NCBI GenBank assembly: GCA_965261025.1
Contig: OZ253438.1
Coordinates: 840,001 to 872,000, forward strand
Reading direction: 5' to 3'
DNA from: Chlamydiales bacterium
GTDB lineage: Bacteria > Chlamydiota > Chlamydiia > Chlamydiales > SM23-39
DNA length: 32,000 bases
Made by a program: the position numbers and the translations under genes. Each line of letters starts with the position of its first letter. The stretch's first letter is position 1. The notes under the pieces were generated by a model that made no database searches, had not been told where the DNA came from, and saw only the letters and a program-made list of their open reading frames with translations. This document shows positions 22,995 to 31,467 of the stretch, piece after piece.

Positions 22995-24686
22995 TGGGAT
23001 AAAAGTAGGTTCATATTCCATATGAACCGCTCTATTTTTCACTTGGTATAAAGGGGCTATATCGAAGCAAAACCCTTTTTCTAGTTTTTGTAGCAGCTCT
23101 TCTGGAGTAAATAGATTCATATTTCGATTAGCAGAAGGGTTCACAATATTTAAAGGAATATTTACGGCTTTTGAAAAGGTATAACAAAGACCTATCCACT
23201 CTTTTTTTTCCCTTCTTATTTTTTGGGCCCTATGCCAATTCCACTCTAGCTGATTGGGATTTTTGAAAAAAATAGAAGAGAACACTTTTTCTAAATCTTT
23301 TTTTCGATAAAGGGTCATATCAAGACTATTTGGATAAGTCCAGTCCCCTCTTGCTGCATCGATATGCCAAGCTAGCATATTTTCTCCGAGCGAAAGATGT
23401 TGGGGAACCTTTGTAGAAAATCCTCCCATGTAACAATAGCGAATATTTTTTCCTAGACGAAAGGAAAAGCAATATGCCTTAGTTTTTTCTAGATGATAGA
23501 TAGCTTCTTTTACCTCGAAAGAATCTTTTACTAAAACATCATCTACAGAAAAAAAAAGATACGGGCTTTTACTTATTTCAAATAAGATTTTTTGCACCAT
23601 AGGTTGAAAATCTAAATGAGGCAGTACAGATTGCTTGATATAATGAACGTGAGGAAAACGCTTTTTTACTAAGTCATACCCTTTTTCAAACCTTTCTTTT
23701 GAAGTTCGATAAAGGACATAGATAGCCTCTATGTCCTTTACCTGTTTTCGGGCTGATTCTAGAAAAGCATAAAGTTGTAAAGGCCTATCATAAGAAAAAA
23801 CTAAGAGATCTGCTTTTTCTTCAAGAAAAACCGTTTTCTCTAGCGGCTCTTGCTTCAAAGGTTTGTAGGGAGATATTTTGGATATTTTTTGAAAGGATTT
23901 ATCCTTTCTATAGGAAACATTTATAAGAGGGTCTTGGAGTTTATAACAACAAGGAAAAGAGAGAAAAGCAGCATGATTTTGGGCCATTTCCAACATAGGA
24001 AAAAGATAGGCTTCTTGAGAATTTTTACCTAGAAAACCCCCTTTAAAAAAGAGATCTTTTACCGCTATTTTTTGAAATAGACCTGCATAAAAACAAAGCG
24101 TGAAAGGCTCTTTTAGTTGTACCCTTCTAAGACAAGAAGAGAAAAGAAGGGGAAGATGGCTAGTTGTTTTATCTATAGACTTTTGATAAGGCATACAAAG
24201 AGCCCATACCGCATAAGTTTTATACCACTTATTTAATGTGTGTAGCACCTCTTTGTTACAAAGCCAAGAGTCTCCTGATAAAAAAAGAACTACCTCCTCT
24301 CTTCCGAGAAGGTAAATGGTTTCATATAAATTTTGTAAAAGCGCTTTTCCTTCCCTATTTTGTAAGATAGAAAGCTGAGGTAGTTTGCCACTTTCTTGCC
24401 ACTGCTTTAAGATAGTAGAAGTAGTTTTTTCTGAACCATTATCTATATAAAAAACAGAAAAGTTCTGATATGTCTGCTCTAAAATAGAATGAAGCGTTTT
24501 TTCACAGGTATTAAAACTGGTATCAGAAGAAACAATAATAGTAAAATGGCGATCAGAAAGAGGCGTGGCTCTTTTTAGTTTCTCCATTTTTCTCTGTTCT
24601 AAAAAAGGCCTACTTTTCTGCAAATAGAAAAAAAAGCCAAATAGAGAAACCAGCGTTATTAGAAAAAATCTGGGAAAAAGTGACAC
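22986..24686 (-). CDS. Membrane-anchored two-domain glycosyltransferase (N-terminal GT2 domain plus a second GT-A-like domain)
   Basis: The ORF has a GTG start and an N-terminal TM helix (FFLITLVSLFGFFFYL). The GT2 signature is FTIIVSSDTSFNTCEKTLHSILEQTYQNFSVFYIDNGS...LSGDS. The second half reads LLVFSYDRPLQLYAFLES...LFFSVDDVLV, a beta-alpha-beta start plus a DxD-like VDD. Confidence 0.6.
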   Translation of the reverse strand: MSLFPRFFLITLVSLFGFFFYLQKSRPFLEQRKMEKLKRATPLSDRHFTIIVSSDTSFNTCEKTLHSILEQTYQNFSVFYIDNGSEKTTSTILKQWQESGKLPQLSILQNREGKALLQNLYETIYLLGREEVVLFLSGDSWLCNKEVLHTLNKWYKTYAVWALCMPYQKSIDKTTSHLPLLFSSCLRRVQLKEPFTLCFYAGLFQKIAVKDLFFKGGFLGKNSQEAYLFPMLEMAQNHAAFLSFPCCYKLQDPLINVSYRKDKSFQKISKISPYKPLKQEPLEKTVFLEEKADLLVFSYDRPLQLYAFLESARKQVKDIEAIYVLYRTSKERFEKGYDLVKKRFPHVHYIKQSVLPHLDFQPMVQKILFEISKSPYLFFSVDDVLVKDSFEVKEAIYHLEKTKAYCFSFRLGKNIRYCYMGGFSTKVPQHLSLGENMLAWHIDAARGDWTYPNSLDMTLYRKKDLEKVFSSIFFKNPNQLEWNWHRAQKIRREKKEWIGLCYTFSKAVNIPLNIVNPSANRNMNLFTPEELLQKLEKGFCFDIAPLYQVKNRAVHMEYEPTFIPLN

Positions 24687-24764
24687 TCTTGCCTCTTTGC
24701 CGTTTTTAGAGGATAAAGAGCAGGGTAATCACTTCTCAGATTTTAATTCACGAACTTTTTTTTG

Positions 24765-24788
24765 AAAAAAGGGCGTAAAAAACGCCCC
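24765..24788 (-). terminator. Rho-independent terminator downstream of the KH-domain gene
   Basis: GGGCGT (24771-24776) pairs with ACGCCC (24782-24787) around an A5 loop. On the minus strand the hairpin is followed immediately by T6 (24770-24765). It sits 18 nt after the KH gene stop. Confidence 0.7.
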
Positions 24789-24805
24789 TTGGAGCTTTTG
24801 AAAAT

Positions 24806-25045
24806 TTACTTAGCTTCTTCAATAATTTCTAGATTCACCCGAATTCCATTTCGACTAGCTACCGACATAAGAAGCGTTCTGATCGCATTGATGGTCTTTC
24901 CTTTTTTGCCAATAATCTTACCGATATCCGACTTCTCTACGCCTAGCTCTATGATCAAAGTATGCGTTCCCCCTATTTCATTGATACGAACTTTTTCTGG
25001 ATGATCCACGAGATTTTTCACTATGTACTCAACAAATTCTTTCAT
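24806..25045 (-). CDS. KH-domain RNA-binding protein (YlqC/UPF0109 family)
   Basis: The 79-aa ORF reads MKEFVEYIVKNLVDHPEKVRINEIGGTHTLIIELGVEKSDIGKIIGKKGKTINAIRTLL. This is the canonical UPF0109 layout, including the GKIIGKKG (GxxG) loop. Confidence 0.88.
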   Translation of the reverse strand: MKEFVEYIVKNLVDHPEKVRINEIGGTHTLIIELGVEKSDIGKIIGKKGKTINAIRTLLMSVASRNGIRVNLEIIEEAK

Positions 25046-25148
25046 GATCCGATCCTCTTTGTTAACAACGACGCCCTATTGAAGCGAAAGTTTATGGGGA
25101 GATGTTACAAAACCAAGAAATATTTACGCCAGGGAAAAAGAACCCCTT

Positions 25149-26108
25149 TTAGGAAGGTAAAGTTAGTATCCATTTTTTGATATCCTCTGGGATCTTTGCT
25201 GTTAGATGTATAGTTTCTCTGGTTATAGGATGCTTTAGCTTCATCTGATATGCATGAAGACACTGCCTTTGTACCTTGAAGGCATGATTTAAAGAAATAT
25301 TTCCATATTCACGATCGCCCAAAATAGGAGTCTTAAGAAACTGCATATGAACTCGAATCTGGTGGGTTCTTCCACTGAAAGGAACAAGCCTTACTAAACT
25401 GATCTGATCATTAAAAGCTAAAACCTGGCAAAGAGTTTCAGAGGGTTTTCCTTCCTGAGAAACTCGCATTTTTTTCCTATGGACGGGATCTCTTTTTATG
25501 GGCTGCTTAATCAAGCCGTTTACAGGTTTCCCAATACAAATAGCAAGATAGGTTTTCTCTATCTCCCTGCTGCGAAATGCTTCAACGAGATTTTGATGGG
25601 CTTTTTCTGTTTTAGCTGCTAACAAAATACCGCTTGTATCCTTATCTAGCCTATGCACAATCCCGGGTCTTATCTCATCTTGTCCGAAGGGAAGGTCCTG
25701 ACAATGCCCTAAAAGGGCATGAACAAAGGTATGACTCCAATTACCCGGTGCAGGATGAACTACCATCGAAGCAGGCTTATTTACGGCTAAGAAATGCTCA
25801 TCTTCAAAGAGAATATCTAAGGGAATTTTCTCTGGCTTTATAGAAAAAGTGGGAGTAGCTTCAAAAAAAATTTCTACTTCATCTCCTTCCCGCAAAAGCT
25901 CCCTTTTCTTGGCAGGAGATCCATTTAAAAACACAGAACCGAGTCCCATAAGATACTGGAAATAGGAACGCGATTTTTCTGGAAACCTCTTAGCTAAAAG
26001 GCGGTCTATTCTTTCTTCTCCTTCTTCTTTTTCCACAATGAAAAAAAAGCTCTCCTTATAAGAGCTTCCCGAGGAAGGTTCCTGATAAAAAACCTCTTTT
26101 GAGCCCAT
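25149..26108 (-). CDS. rluD: RluA-family 23S rRNA pseudouridine synthase (RluD-like)
   Basis: An S4-like N-domain is present (RIDRLLAKRFPEKSRSYFQYLMGLGSVFLNG). The catalytic motif is GIVHRLDKDTSGILLAAK. The HQIRVHM motif is also present. Confidence 0.88.
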   Translation of the reverse strand: MGSKEVFYQEPSSGSSYKESFFFIVEKEEGEERIDRLLAKRFPEKSRSYFQYLMGLGSVFLNGSPAKKRELLREGDEVEIFFEATPTFSIKPEKIPLDILFEDEHFLAVNKPASMVVHPAPGNWSHTFVHALLGHCQDLPFGQDEIRPGIVHRLDKDTSGILLAAKTEKAHQNLVEAFRSREIEKTYLAICIGKPVNGLIKQPIKRDPVHRKKMRVSQEGKPSETLCQVLAFNDQISLVRLVPFSGRTHQIRVHMQFLKTPILGDREYGNISLNHAFKVQRQCLHAYQMKLKHPITRETIHLTAKIPEDIKKWILTLPS

Positions 26109-26136
26109 ATGACTAGACCTTCTTTGAAAGACCTAG

Positions 26137-26166
26137 ATTGTACCTTTTTTGGAAGATAGGTTGCAA
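26137..26166 (-). promoter_or_regulatory. Sigma-70-like promoter for rluD
   Basis: The minus strand reads TTGCAA (26166-26161), an 18-nt spacer, then TACAAT (26142-26137). The -10 element ends about 28 nt before the ATG. This is sequence match only. Confidence 0.4.
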
Positions 26167-26217
26167 AAAAAATCTCCCCTCCTCAAGCAAGGGCAAGAAG
26201 GAGAAAAAAACCCTTAG

Positions 26218-26406
26218 TTAGACCTGGTTGTTTTCTATTTTTTTATTTTCTCTGTTAGCTTTTTCTGCTTCTTTTTTATCCTTCTGGATCTGACTTTCTA
26301 ACTGCTTTAGAAGGAAAGCTTTAATGATTTTATTGTTATTGACCTGCTCAAGAACTGGTAATAAGGGCTTCCCTATTTTCGAGGGGTGCACCGAGAGAAC
26401 ATCCAT
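26218..26406 (-). CDS. Small charged hypothetical protein (62 aa)
   Basis: An AAGGAGG SD lies 4 nt before the ATG, and a perfect consensus promoter lies upstream. The sequence is MDVLSVHPSKIGKPLLPVLEQVNNNKIIKAFLLKQLESQIQKDKKEAEKANRENKKIENNQV. I recognise no family. Confidence 0.65.
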   Translation of the reverse strand: MDVLSVHPSKIGKPLLPVLEQVNNNKIIKAFLLKQLESQIQKDKKEAEKANRENKKIENNQV

Positions 26407-26431
26407 AAAACCTCCTTATCCTACGTCATCT

Positions 26432-26460
26432 ATTATACCTTTTTTTTCTTTATTTGTCAA
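26432..26460 (-). promoter_or_regulatory. Perfect consensus sigma-70 promoter (TTGACA-17-TATAAT)
   Basis: The minus strand reads TTGACA (26460-26455), then AATAAAGAAAAAAAAGG (17 nt), then TATAAT (26437-26432). Next come 25 nt containing the AAGGAGG SD, then the ATG at 26406. Confidence 0.65.
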
Positions 26461-26598
26461 GAAAGCAAGGAATGGTCAAGATTCACAATTTATTCATTAT
26501 TAATAAGTTAGATGGATTTTTTCTTTGATCTATAGGAGAGTGAACTAAGTAGTAGATTCTCTAAAAATACTTCCCCAGACTTTCAAAGTTACCTCCGT

Positions 26599-26874
26599 TC
26601 AATTCGTCCCTTCTATGGATTTCTTCAAGGCTTCCGCGGCCCTTTTTTGTCTGGCTGCATTTCTTTTCATCTCCGATAAAATCATATTACAAAGATTGGC
26701 ATAAATCTTTTGTTTTTGTGCTTGAGTAACTTGCATTCCCATGAAAGTAGTAGTAGGGGTCTTACTAGGACCTAAGGTAAAGGCCTTTTTATCAGAAGGG
26801 CGCAGCTTTTCAGGCTTAGATCCTTGCGGATGATTAGAAGGGTCGGGAGAGGTGGGACCTATTTTGGGGCTCAT
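26599..26874 (-). CDS. Small hypothetical protein (91 aa): P/S/T/K-rich N-terminus and basic helical C-terminus
   Basis: The ORF is not overlapped by any better gene, because the listed dapB 5' extension is spurious. The sequence is MSPKIGPTSPDPSNHPQGSKPEKLRPSDKK...KRNAARQKRAAEALKKSIEGTN. I recognise no family and see no clear RBS. Confidence 0.45.
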   Translation of the reverse strand: MSPKIGPTSPDPSNHPQGSKPEKLRPSDKKAFTLGPSKTPTTTFMGMQVTQAQKQKIYANLCNMILSEMKRNAARQKRAAEALKKSIEGTN

Positions 26875-27018
26875 AGTTTAAGTTTAGCAAAGTCTTTTTT
26901 TCTCCAAAATAGATTCCTTTATGACAAGGGTTTTTTTGTGGACCAATGTAGAGATTTCTCTTGTTTTGATACGCTAAAGCAGGCTAAATTCACCCTTGGA
27001 GTCTTCAAAGGATTACTT

Positions 27019-27684
27019 ATGAAAAAGGTGGGTATTATAGGCTCTACAGGCAAAATGGGATCTACACTCTCTTCTTTACTAGAAACAGATCCTTTTTTTT
27101 CTCTAAAGCTGCGACTAAGCAAAAAGTCCTGCTTTAAAAGTTCTTCTTTTGAAGGATTGGATCTTCTCTTCGATTTTTCTTTGCCACAGAGTTTATCTCT
27201 TTACTTAAGTATTTGTGAGACAAAAAAGATCCCCTTAGTGATCGGAACTACAGGATTTTCTCCTTTTCAAAAAACTGCTATAGAAAAAGCCTCTAAAAAG
27301 ATCCCCATCTTTTACGCTGCTAACTTTAGTATTGGAGTAGCTCTTTTGACTTATTTTGCTCAAAAAGCTTCTCTGTTTTTTTCTGAAATCTCCATTACAG
27401 AAAAACACCACTTACATAAAAAAGATATCCCGAGCGGCACTGCTTTACATTTACAAAAAGAGATTTCTTCTGTCTCTTCTTCTACTCCTGCTATCCTTTC
27501 ATTTAGGCAAGAGAGCCTCTTTGGAGAGCATACTCTCTTATTTCAGTCCTCACAAGAATCGATCTCATTTCATCATACCGCTTTAAATCGGACCGTTTTT
27601 GCCGAAGGCGCCATAAAGGCCGCCCAGTTTCTTCTTCAACAAAAACCAGGTCTTTACTCTATGAAAAATCTTGTCAAGATCTAA
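27019..27684 (+). CDS. dapB: 4-hydroxy-tetrahydrodipicolinate reductase (short form)
   Basis: From the internal ATG at 27019 the protein starts MKKVGIIGSTGKMGSTL, a GxxGxxG NAD(P) loop. It also has VIGTTGF and the catalytic ITEKHHLHKKDIPSGTAL, matching E.HH..K.DAPSGTA. I rejected the upstream 65 codons of the listed ORF. Confidence 0.85.
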   Translation: MKKVGIIGSTGKMGSTLSSLLETDPFFSLKLRLSKKSCFKSSSFEGLDLLFDFSLPQSLSLYLSICETKKIPLVIGTTGFSPFQKTAIEKASKKIPIFYAANFSIGVALLTYFAQKASLFFSEISITEKHHLHKKDIPSGTALHLQKEISSVSSSTPAILSFRQESLFGEHTLLFQSSQESISFHHTALNRTVFAEGAIKAAQFLLQQKPGLYSMKNLVKI

Positions 27685-27711
27685 AAAAGATCGTATCTTT
27701 TCTCTCAACCT

Positions 27712-28518
27712 ATGAAAACTTTTTCCTGCGGTAACTTTATTTTAGGAAGATCCCTGGTTTTTATCCTGGGCCCCTGCGTAATTGAAGGAGAAAAAGAGGC
27801 TTTTTCCGCGGCAGAATTTTTGAAAAAAATGACCCTGGAGCTAAAGGTGCCTTTCATTTTCAAAGCAAGCTATGATAAGGCCAATAGGTCCTCTCTTTAT
27901 TCCTATAGAGGAGTTGGCCTGAAAAGGGGCCTTCAAATTCTGCAGAAAATACAACAAGAACTTGATCTTCCTATCCTCACAGACGTTCATACCCCGAGTG
28001 AGGCAAAAAAAGCAGCAGAAGTTTGTGATGTCTTACAAATCCCTGCTTTTCTATGTAGGCAAACTGACCTTTTAACGACTGCTGCACAAACCGGTCGAAT
28101 TATCAACGTAAAAAAAGGCCAATTTTTAGCCCCCTGGGATATGGAACCTGTCATAGAAAAGATTACTTCTCAAGGCAATGAAAAAATCCTGCTTACAGAA
28201 AGAGGCTCTTGCTTTGGCTATAATAATCTCGTAGCTGATATGAGAAGTATTCCCTTAATGCAAAAATGGGGCTATCCCGTTTGCTTTGATGCAACCCATA
28301 GCGTACAACTCCCTGGAAAGAATAAAAACTTTTCAGGGGGAGAGAGCTTCTTAGCGCCCTTTTTAGCAAAAGCGGCTTTAGCAGCAGGAGCAAACCTTCT
28401 TTATTTAGAAACCCATATAAATCCTGAAAAGGCAAAAAGTGATAAAGGTACGCAAATCCCTTTTTCAGAATTAAAAAGCTTGTTACAACAATGTATAAAG
28501 ATCCACAAGGCTCTTTAA
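27712..28518 (+). CDS. kdsA: 2-dehydro-3-deoxyphosphooctonate aldolase (KDO-8-P synthase)
   Basis: Recognised KdsA segments are LGPCVIEGE, PFIFKASYDKANRSS, YRGVGLKRGL, ILTDVH, VLQIPAFLCRQTDL, NVKKGQFLAPWD and CFDATHSVQLPG. Confidence 0.93.
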   Translation: MKTFSCGNFILGRSLVFILGPCVIEGEKEAFSAAEFLKKMTLELKVPFIFKASYDKANRSSLYSYRGVGLKRGLQILQKIQQELDLPILTDVHTPSEAKKAAEVCDVLQIPAFLCRQTDLLTTAAQTGRIINVKKGQFLAPWDMEPVIEKITSQGNEKILLTERGSCFGYNNLVADMRSIPLMQKWGYPVCFDATHSVQLPGKNKNFSGGESFLAPFLAKAALAAGANLLYLETHINPEKAKSDKGTQIPFSELKSLLQQCIKIHKAL

Positions 28519-29117
28519 TGCTACAAAGAACGTTTTTCTCCTTCTTCTTTCTTCTCCTTCTTTTGGGATCTTTTGCCCTTATTAATCTCTTTATTTTACG
28601 ACCAGAAGATGAGAAAGAGTACCAGTATTTAAAAAACCTAAAAGAAATGCACCAGGCTTCTTCCCCTAAAGAAATTACTCAACTAAGAACCGAAGTTACC
28701 AAAGAGCTTTTTCTCCCTAAAGAAACACAAAGAATGCAGGTAAAAATTCAAAGCAATACCTCTTTTCTCTATTTACAAAAAAAAGGGAGAAAATGGCATC
28801 TCAAGGAAAAGCTAGAAAGCCTTACTCTTTATTCCCAAGATAAACTGTATCAAAATGAAGCTGGAGAGTGGTTTCAAAAAATACAGAAGCTACAAGCTCC
28901 TCAAGGATGGTATAATTTTTCGCAGCAATCTTTTATAGCTCAAAAAGTGGCCCTCAGTTTTTTCCCTCTTCCTGGAAAAGAGCTTCCCGAAAATATAGCT
29001 GTAGAAAAGATCCCTTTTTCCGGTTCTGCTAATGAGGTATTTCTCTCTTGGAAAACTAAAATCCCCTACTTCTCAGCTACCCATTTGAAAGCAAATCTTA
29101 TGACAAAAGGATCCTAA
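28518..29117 (+). CDS. Membrane-anchored hypothetical protein, possibly LptC/LptA-like by position
   Basis: The ATG overlaps the kdsA stop (TAATG). It has an N-terminal TM helix (FFSFFFLLLLLGSFALINLFIL) followed by a soluble domain of about 170 aa. It lies between kdsA and lptB, where lptC/lptA sit in many Gram-negatives. I recognise no sequence motif. Confidence 0.35.
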   Translation: MLQRTFFSFFFLLLLLGSFALINLFILRPEDEKEYQYLKNLKEMHQASSPKEITQLRTEVTKELFLPKETQRMQVKIQSNTSFLYLQKKGRKWHLKEKLESLTLYSQDKLYQNEAGEWFQKIQKLQAPQGWYNFSQQSFIAQKVALSFFPLPGKELPENIAVEKIPFSGSANEVFLSWKTKIPYFSATHLKANLMTKGS

Positions 29118-29162
29118 TCTGAACTTTTTATTTTTTTATCTATTCAAAGAGCCTGTCCTAAT

Positions 29163-29888
29163 ATGATCCCCCTTTGTGAAGCAAAAAACCTGGTAAAAAC
29201 CTACCAAGGAAAATCTGTGGTAAGAGATCTTTCTTTCCATATTTACCCAGGGGAAGTACTTGCTTTAATAGGTCCTAATGGGGCGGGAAAAACTACGGCC
29301 TTCTATATGACCATTGGACTCATCTGTCCCGATAAAGGCTCCGTCTACTTTCAAGGAGAAGAGGTAACCCACTTGCCTGTCCACAAAAGAGCAAAAAAAG
29401 GAATGGGTTATCTAGCTCAAGAGCCCTCCATCTTTCGAGATCTGACCGTAGAAGAAAACTTATTCTGTATTTTGGAAATGCTACCTCTTAGTAAAAAAGA
29501 TCGCTTTATAAAATTAGAGAGTCACTTAGAAGAGCTAAACCTGAAACAACTACGTAAGAAAAAAGCTGTTACTCTTTCAGGAGGAGAAAGAAGAAGGCTA
29601 GAGATTACCCGCTCCTTAATAAATAGCCCCTCTCTTCTTCTTCTAGATGAACCTTTTGCAAATGTAGACCCTCTTGCCGTACAGGATCTAAAAAGAATTA
29701 TTCAGCATTTAAGGCAAAAAGGAATCAGTGTACTCATTACAGACCACAACGCAAAAGAACTTTTTTCTATCGTAGATCGAAGCTATCTTCTTTTTGAAGG
29801 AAAAGTGCTTTTAAGTGGAACTAAGGAGGCTCTTTTACAAAGTGAAGAAGCAAAGAGACTCTATTTTGGGCACGAGTTTAGCCTGTAA
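29163..29888 (+). CDS. lptB: LPS export ABC transporter ATP-binding protein
   Basis: Walker A is GPNGAGKTT. The Q-loop is YLAQEPSIFRDLTVEENL. The ABC signature is LSGGERRRLEITRSL. Walker B is LLLLDEPFANVDP and the H-loop is ITDHN. The 241-aa size and the YLAQE/SIFR pattern are typical of LptB. Confidence 0.88.
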   Translation: MIPLCEAKNLVKTYQGKSVVRDLSFHIYPGEVLALIGPNGAGKTTAFYMTIGLICPDKGSVYFQGEEVTHLPVHKRAKKGMGYLAQEPSIFRDLTVEENLFCILEMLPLSKKDRFIKLESHLEELNLKQLRKKKAVTLSGGERRRLEITRSLINSPSLLLLDEPFANVDPLAVQDLKRIIQHLRQKGISVLITDHNAKELFSIVDRSYLLFEGKVLLSGTKEALLQSEEAKRLYFGHEFSL

Positions 29889-30976
29889 AAACTCTCTTGC
29901 CCGATTAGACTCTCTATCTCTTTAAGAACCCTTTGTTCAGAAAGAGTCTGCAAACAATCGCTTTTTTTACTTCCTCCACACCCATCCATAAGGCAAGGTC
30001 TACAGGAAAAATCTTGTGATACCACCCTAGCAAAAGGATTTCTCCAAGGCCCCCACAGACTAGAAGAAGTGGGACCAAACAAAGCAACTACCTTGTGTTT
30101 TAAAGCAGATGCCATATGAAAGGGCGCTGAATCTACACAAAGAAGCATTTCACTTTTTTGTATAAAAAAGGCGAGCTCTTCCAAAGTAATTTTTCCTGAA
30201 AGATTAAAAACCTGTTCTCCTTTAAAGGGTGCCAGGATAGTCTGTATCATCTCTTTTTCCCAAGCAGAAGTTCCAGAAGAAAAAAGCAAAGGAAATCCTT
30301 TTTCCAAAAGAATGTTACTCAGTCTTTGCCATTTTTCTTCAGGCCAGCATTTAAAACGCCACCTGGCACTGGGGTGGATCAAAAAAAACGAGGTGATTTC
30401 CTTCTCTTCCAGGTAGCTTTCTACTTTTGCTTTTGCTCTATGACAAAGAGACAAAAAGAGTTCCCTTTCCTCATAAGGAGGATGGATTCCTATTTTTCGT
30501 AAAATATCCAAATCTTTTTCTACTGTATGTCTAGGAGTCGGACAATTTTTTACAATATGCGTATAACTTTTCTCCCGATCCCAAAAACCCTTTTTCATCC
30601 CTTCCCTGCCTACCCTGATAGGTGCTTTAGAGGCTTTTACAGCCAAGGTTCCTCGATCTCCTTCTGTGAGATTCAAGACAAGGTCATATTTTTTTTTCCG
30701 GATTTTTCTAAGTAGAGAAAGTTCATACAAATATTTTTTCCAAAAAAAAGATTTTTTTTTCTCTCTGTCATAGAAAAGAATCTCTTTAATGTGAGGATTG
30801 TTTTTTAGCAAAGCAAAAGATTCTTGGTTCAGATAAAAATCAATTTCTGCCTTAGGAAATTTCTTTTTTAAAACTCTTAATAAAGGAGTAGTAAGTAAAA
30901 CATCCCCAATATTTCTTAGTTTGATAACCAAAATCTTTTTTATATCTTCTAGATTGGGATAATTTCCATAAGACAT
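29861..30976 (-). CDS. Glycosyltransferase family 9 (LPS heptosyltransferase-like)
   Basis: The N-terminus KILVIKLRNIGDVLLTTPLLRVLKKKFPKAEIDF matches the GT9 pattern iLii.l..iGDvll..P.l..Lk...P.a.i. The C-terminal half reads LLCVDSAPFHMASALKHKVVALFGPT. A terminal Cys cluster is present (CRPCLMDGCGGSKKSDC). Its 3' end overlaps lptB by 28 nt in convergent orientation. Confidence 0.8.
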   Translation of the reverse strand: MSYGNYPNLEDIKKILVIKLRNIGDVLLTTPLLRVLKKKFPKAEIDFYLNQESFALLKNNPHIKEILFYDREKKKSFFWKKYLYELSLLRKIRKKKYDLVLNLTEGDRGTLAVKASKAPIRVGREGMKKGFWDREKSYTHIVKNCPTPRHTVEKDLDILRKIGIHPPYEERELFLSLCHRAKAKVESYLEEKEITSFFLIHPSARWRFKCWPEEKWQRLSNILLEKGFPLLFSSGTSAWEKEMIQTILAPFKGEQVFNLSGKITLEELAFFIQKSEMLLCVDSAPFHMASALKHKVVALFGPTSSSLWGPWRNPFARVVSQDFSCRPCLMDGCGGSKKSDCLQTLSEQRVLKEIESLIGQESFYRLNSCPK

Positions 30977-31047
30977 GGGAAGATTCTTTTTATTAATAGC
31001 TGAATTTCCCTATAATAGCCTTACACGAGATTTATTGGGAGCAAACA

Positions 31048-31467
31048 ATGGAGCAAACACTTTCTATCATCAAACCAGATGCGGTATCTAAAAACAAAAT
31101 TGGAGAGATTATCTCTCGCCTTGAAAAAGAACACCTGAAAGTGATAGGAGCAAAAATGGTTCATTTAAACGACCAAGAAGCAAGAGCCTTTTATTCAATT
31201 CACAGCGAAAAACCTTTCTTTCAAGATCTTGTCCAGTTTATGAGTTCTGGCCCTATTATGGTTATGGTTTTAGAAGGAGAAAAGGCAATCCAAAAAAACC
31301 GAGATATTATGGGAGCTACCGATCCAAAAAAAGCAGAGCCTCACACTTTAAGAGCTCTTTATGGAACTAGTATCGATTATAATGCGGTTCATGGATCTGA
31401 TAGTCCTGAAACAGCCAAAGGAGAAATCGCTTTCTTCTTTAAAAAGGAAGCAATTTTATCTCGGTAA
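31048..31467 (+). CDS. ndk: Nucleoside diphosphate kinase
   Basis: [37 protein letters not shown]...[30 protein letters not shown]...[19 protein letters not shown] is the full NDK signature, including the NAVHGSD active-site His. Confidence 0.95.
   Translation: MEQTLSIIKPDAVSKNKIGEIISRLEKEHLKVIGAKMVHLNDQEARAFYSIHSEKPFFQDLVQFMSSGPIMVMVLEGEKAIQKNRDIMGATDPKKAEPHTLRALYGTSIDYNAVHGSDSPETAKGEIAFFFKKEAILSR

Noticed and set aside
26165-26204. A possible intrinsic terminator after the 62-aa gene: TCTCC..GGAGA or CTCCT..AGGAG stem followed by T8 on the minus strand
   Set aside because: The stem is only 5 bp with a loop of 15-20 nt, and the T-run overlaps the proposed rluD -35 element. This is too weak to list as a feature, so it is mentioned only in the related finding.
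26824-27018. The 5' extension of the dapB ORF (start 26824), which overlaps the 91-aa minus-strand ORF
   Set aside because: The DapB N-terminal NAD(P) loop (MKKVGIIGSTGKMG) starts at the internal ATG at 27019. The upstream 65 codons are not DapB-like and cover the divergent intergenic region.
31011-31016. An exact TATAAT about 32 nt upstream of ndk, and a TTGTTT-18-TAAATT upstream of dapB (about 26961-26990)
   Set aside because: There is no acceptable -35 partner for the ndk site (TTTTAT). The dapB candidate is a poor match in an AT-rich spacer. Both are indistinguishable from background.
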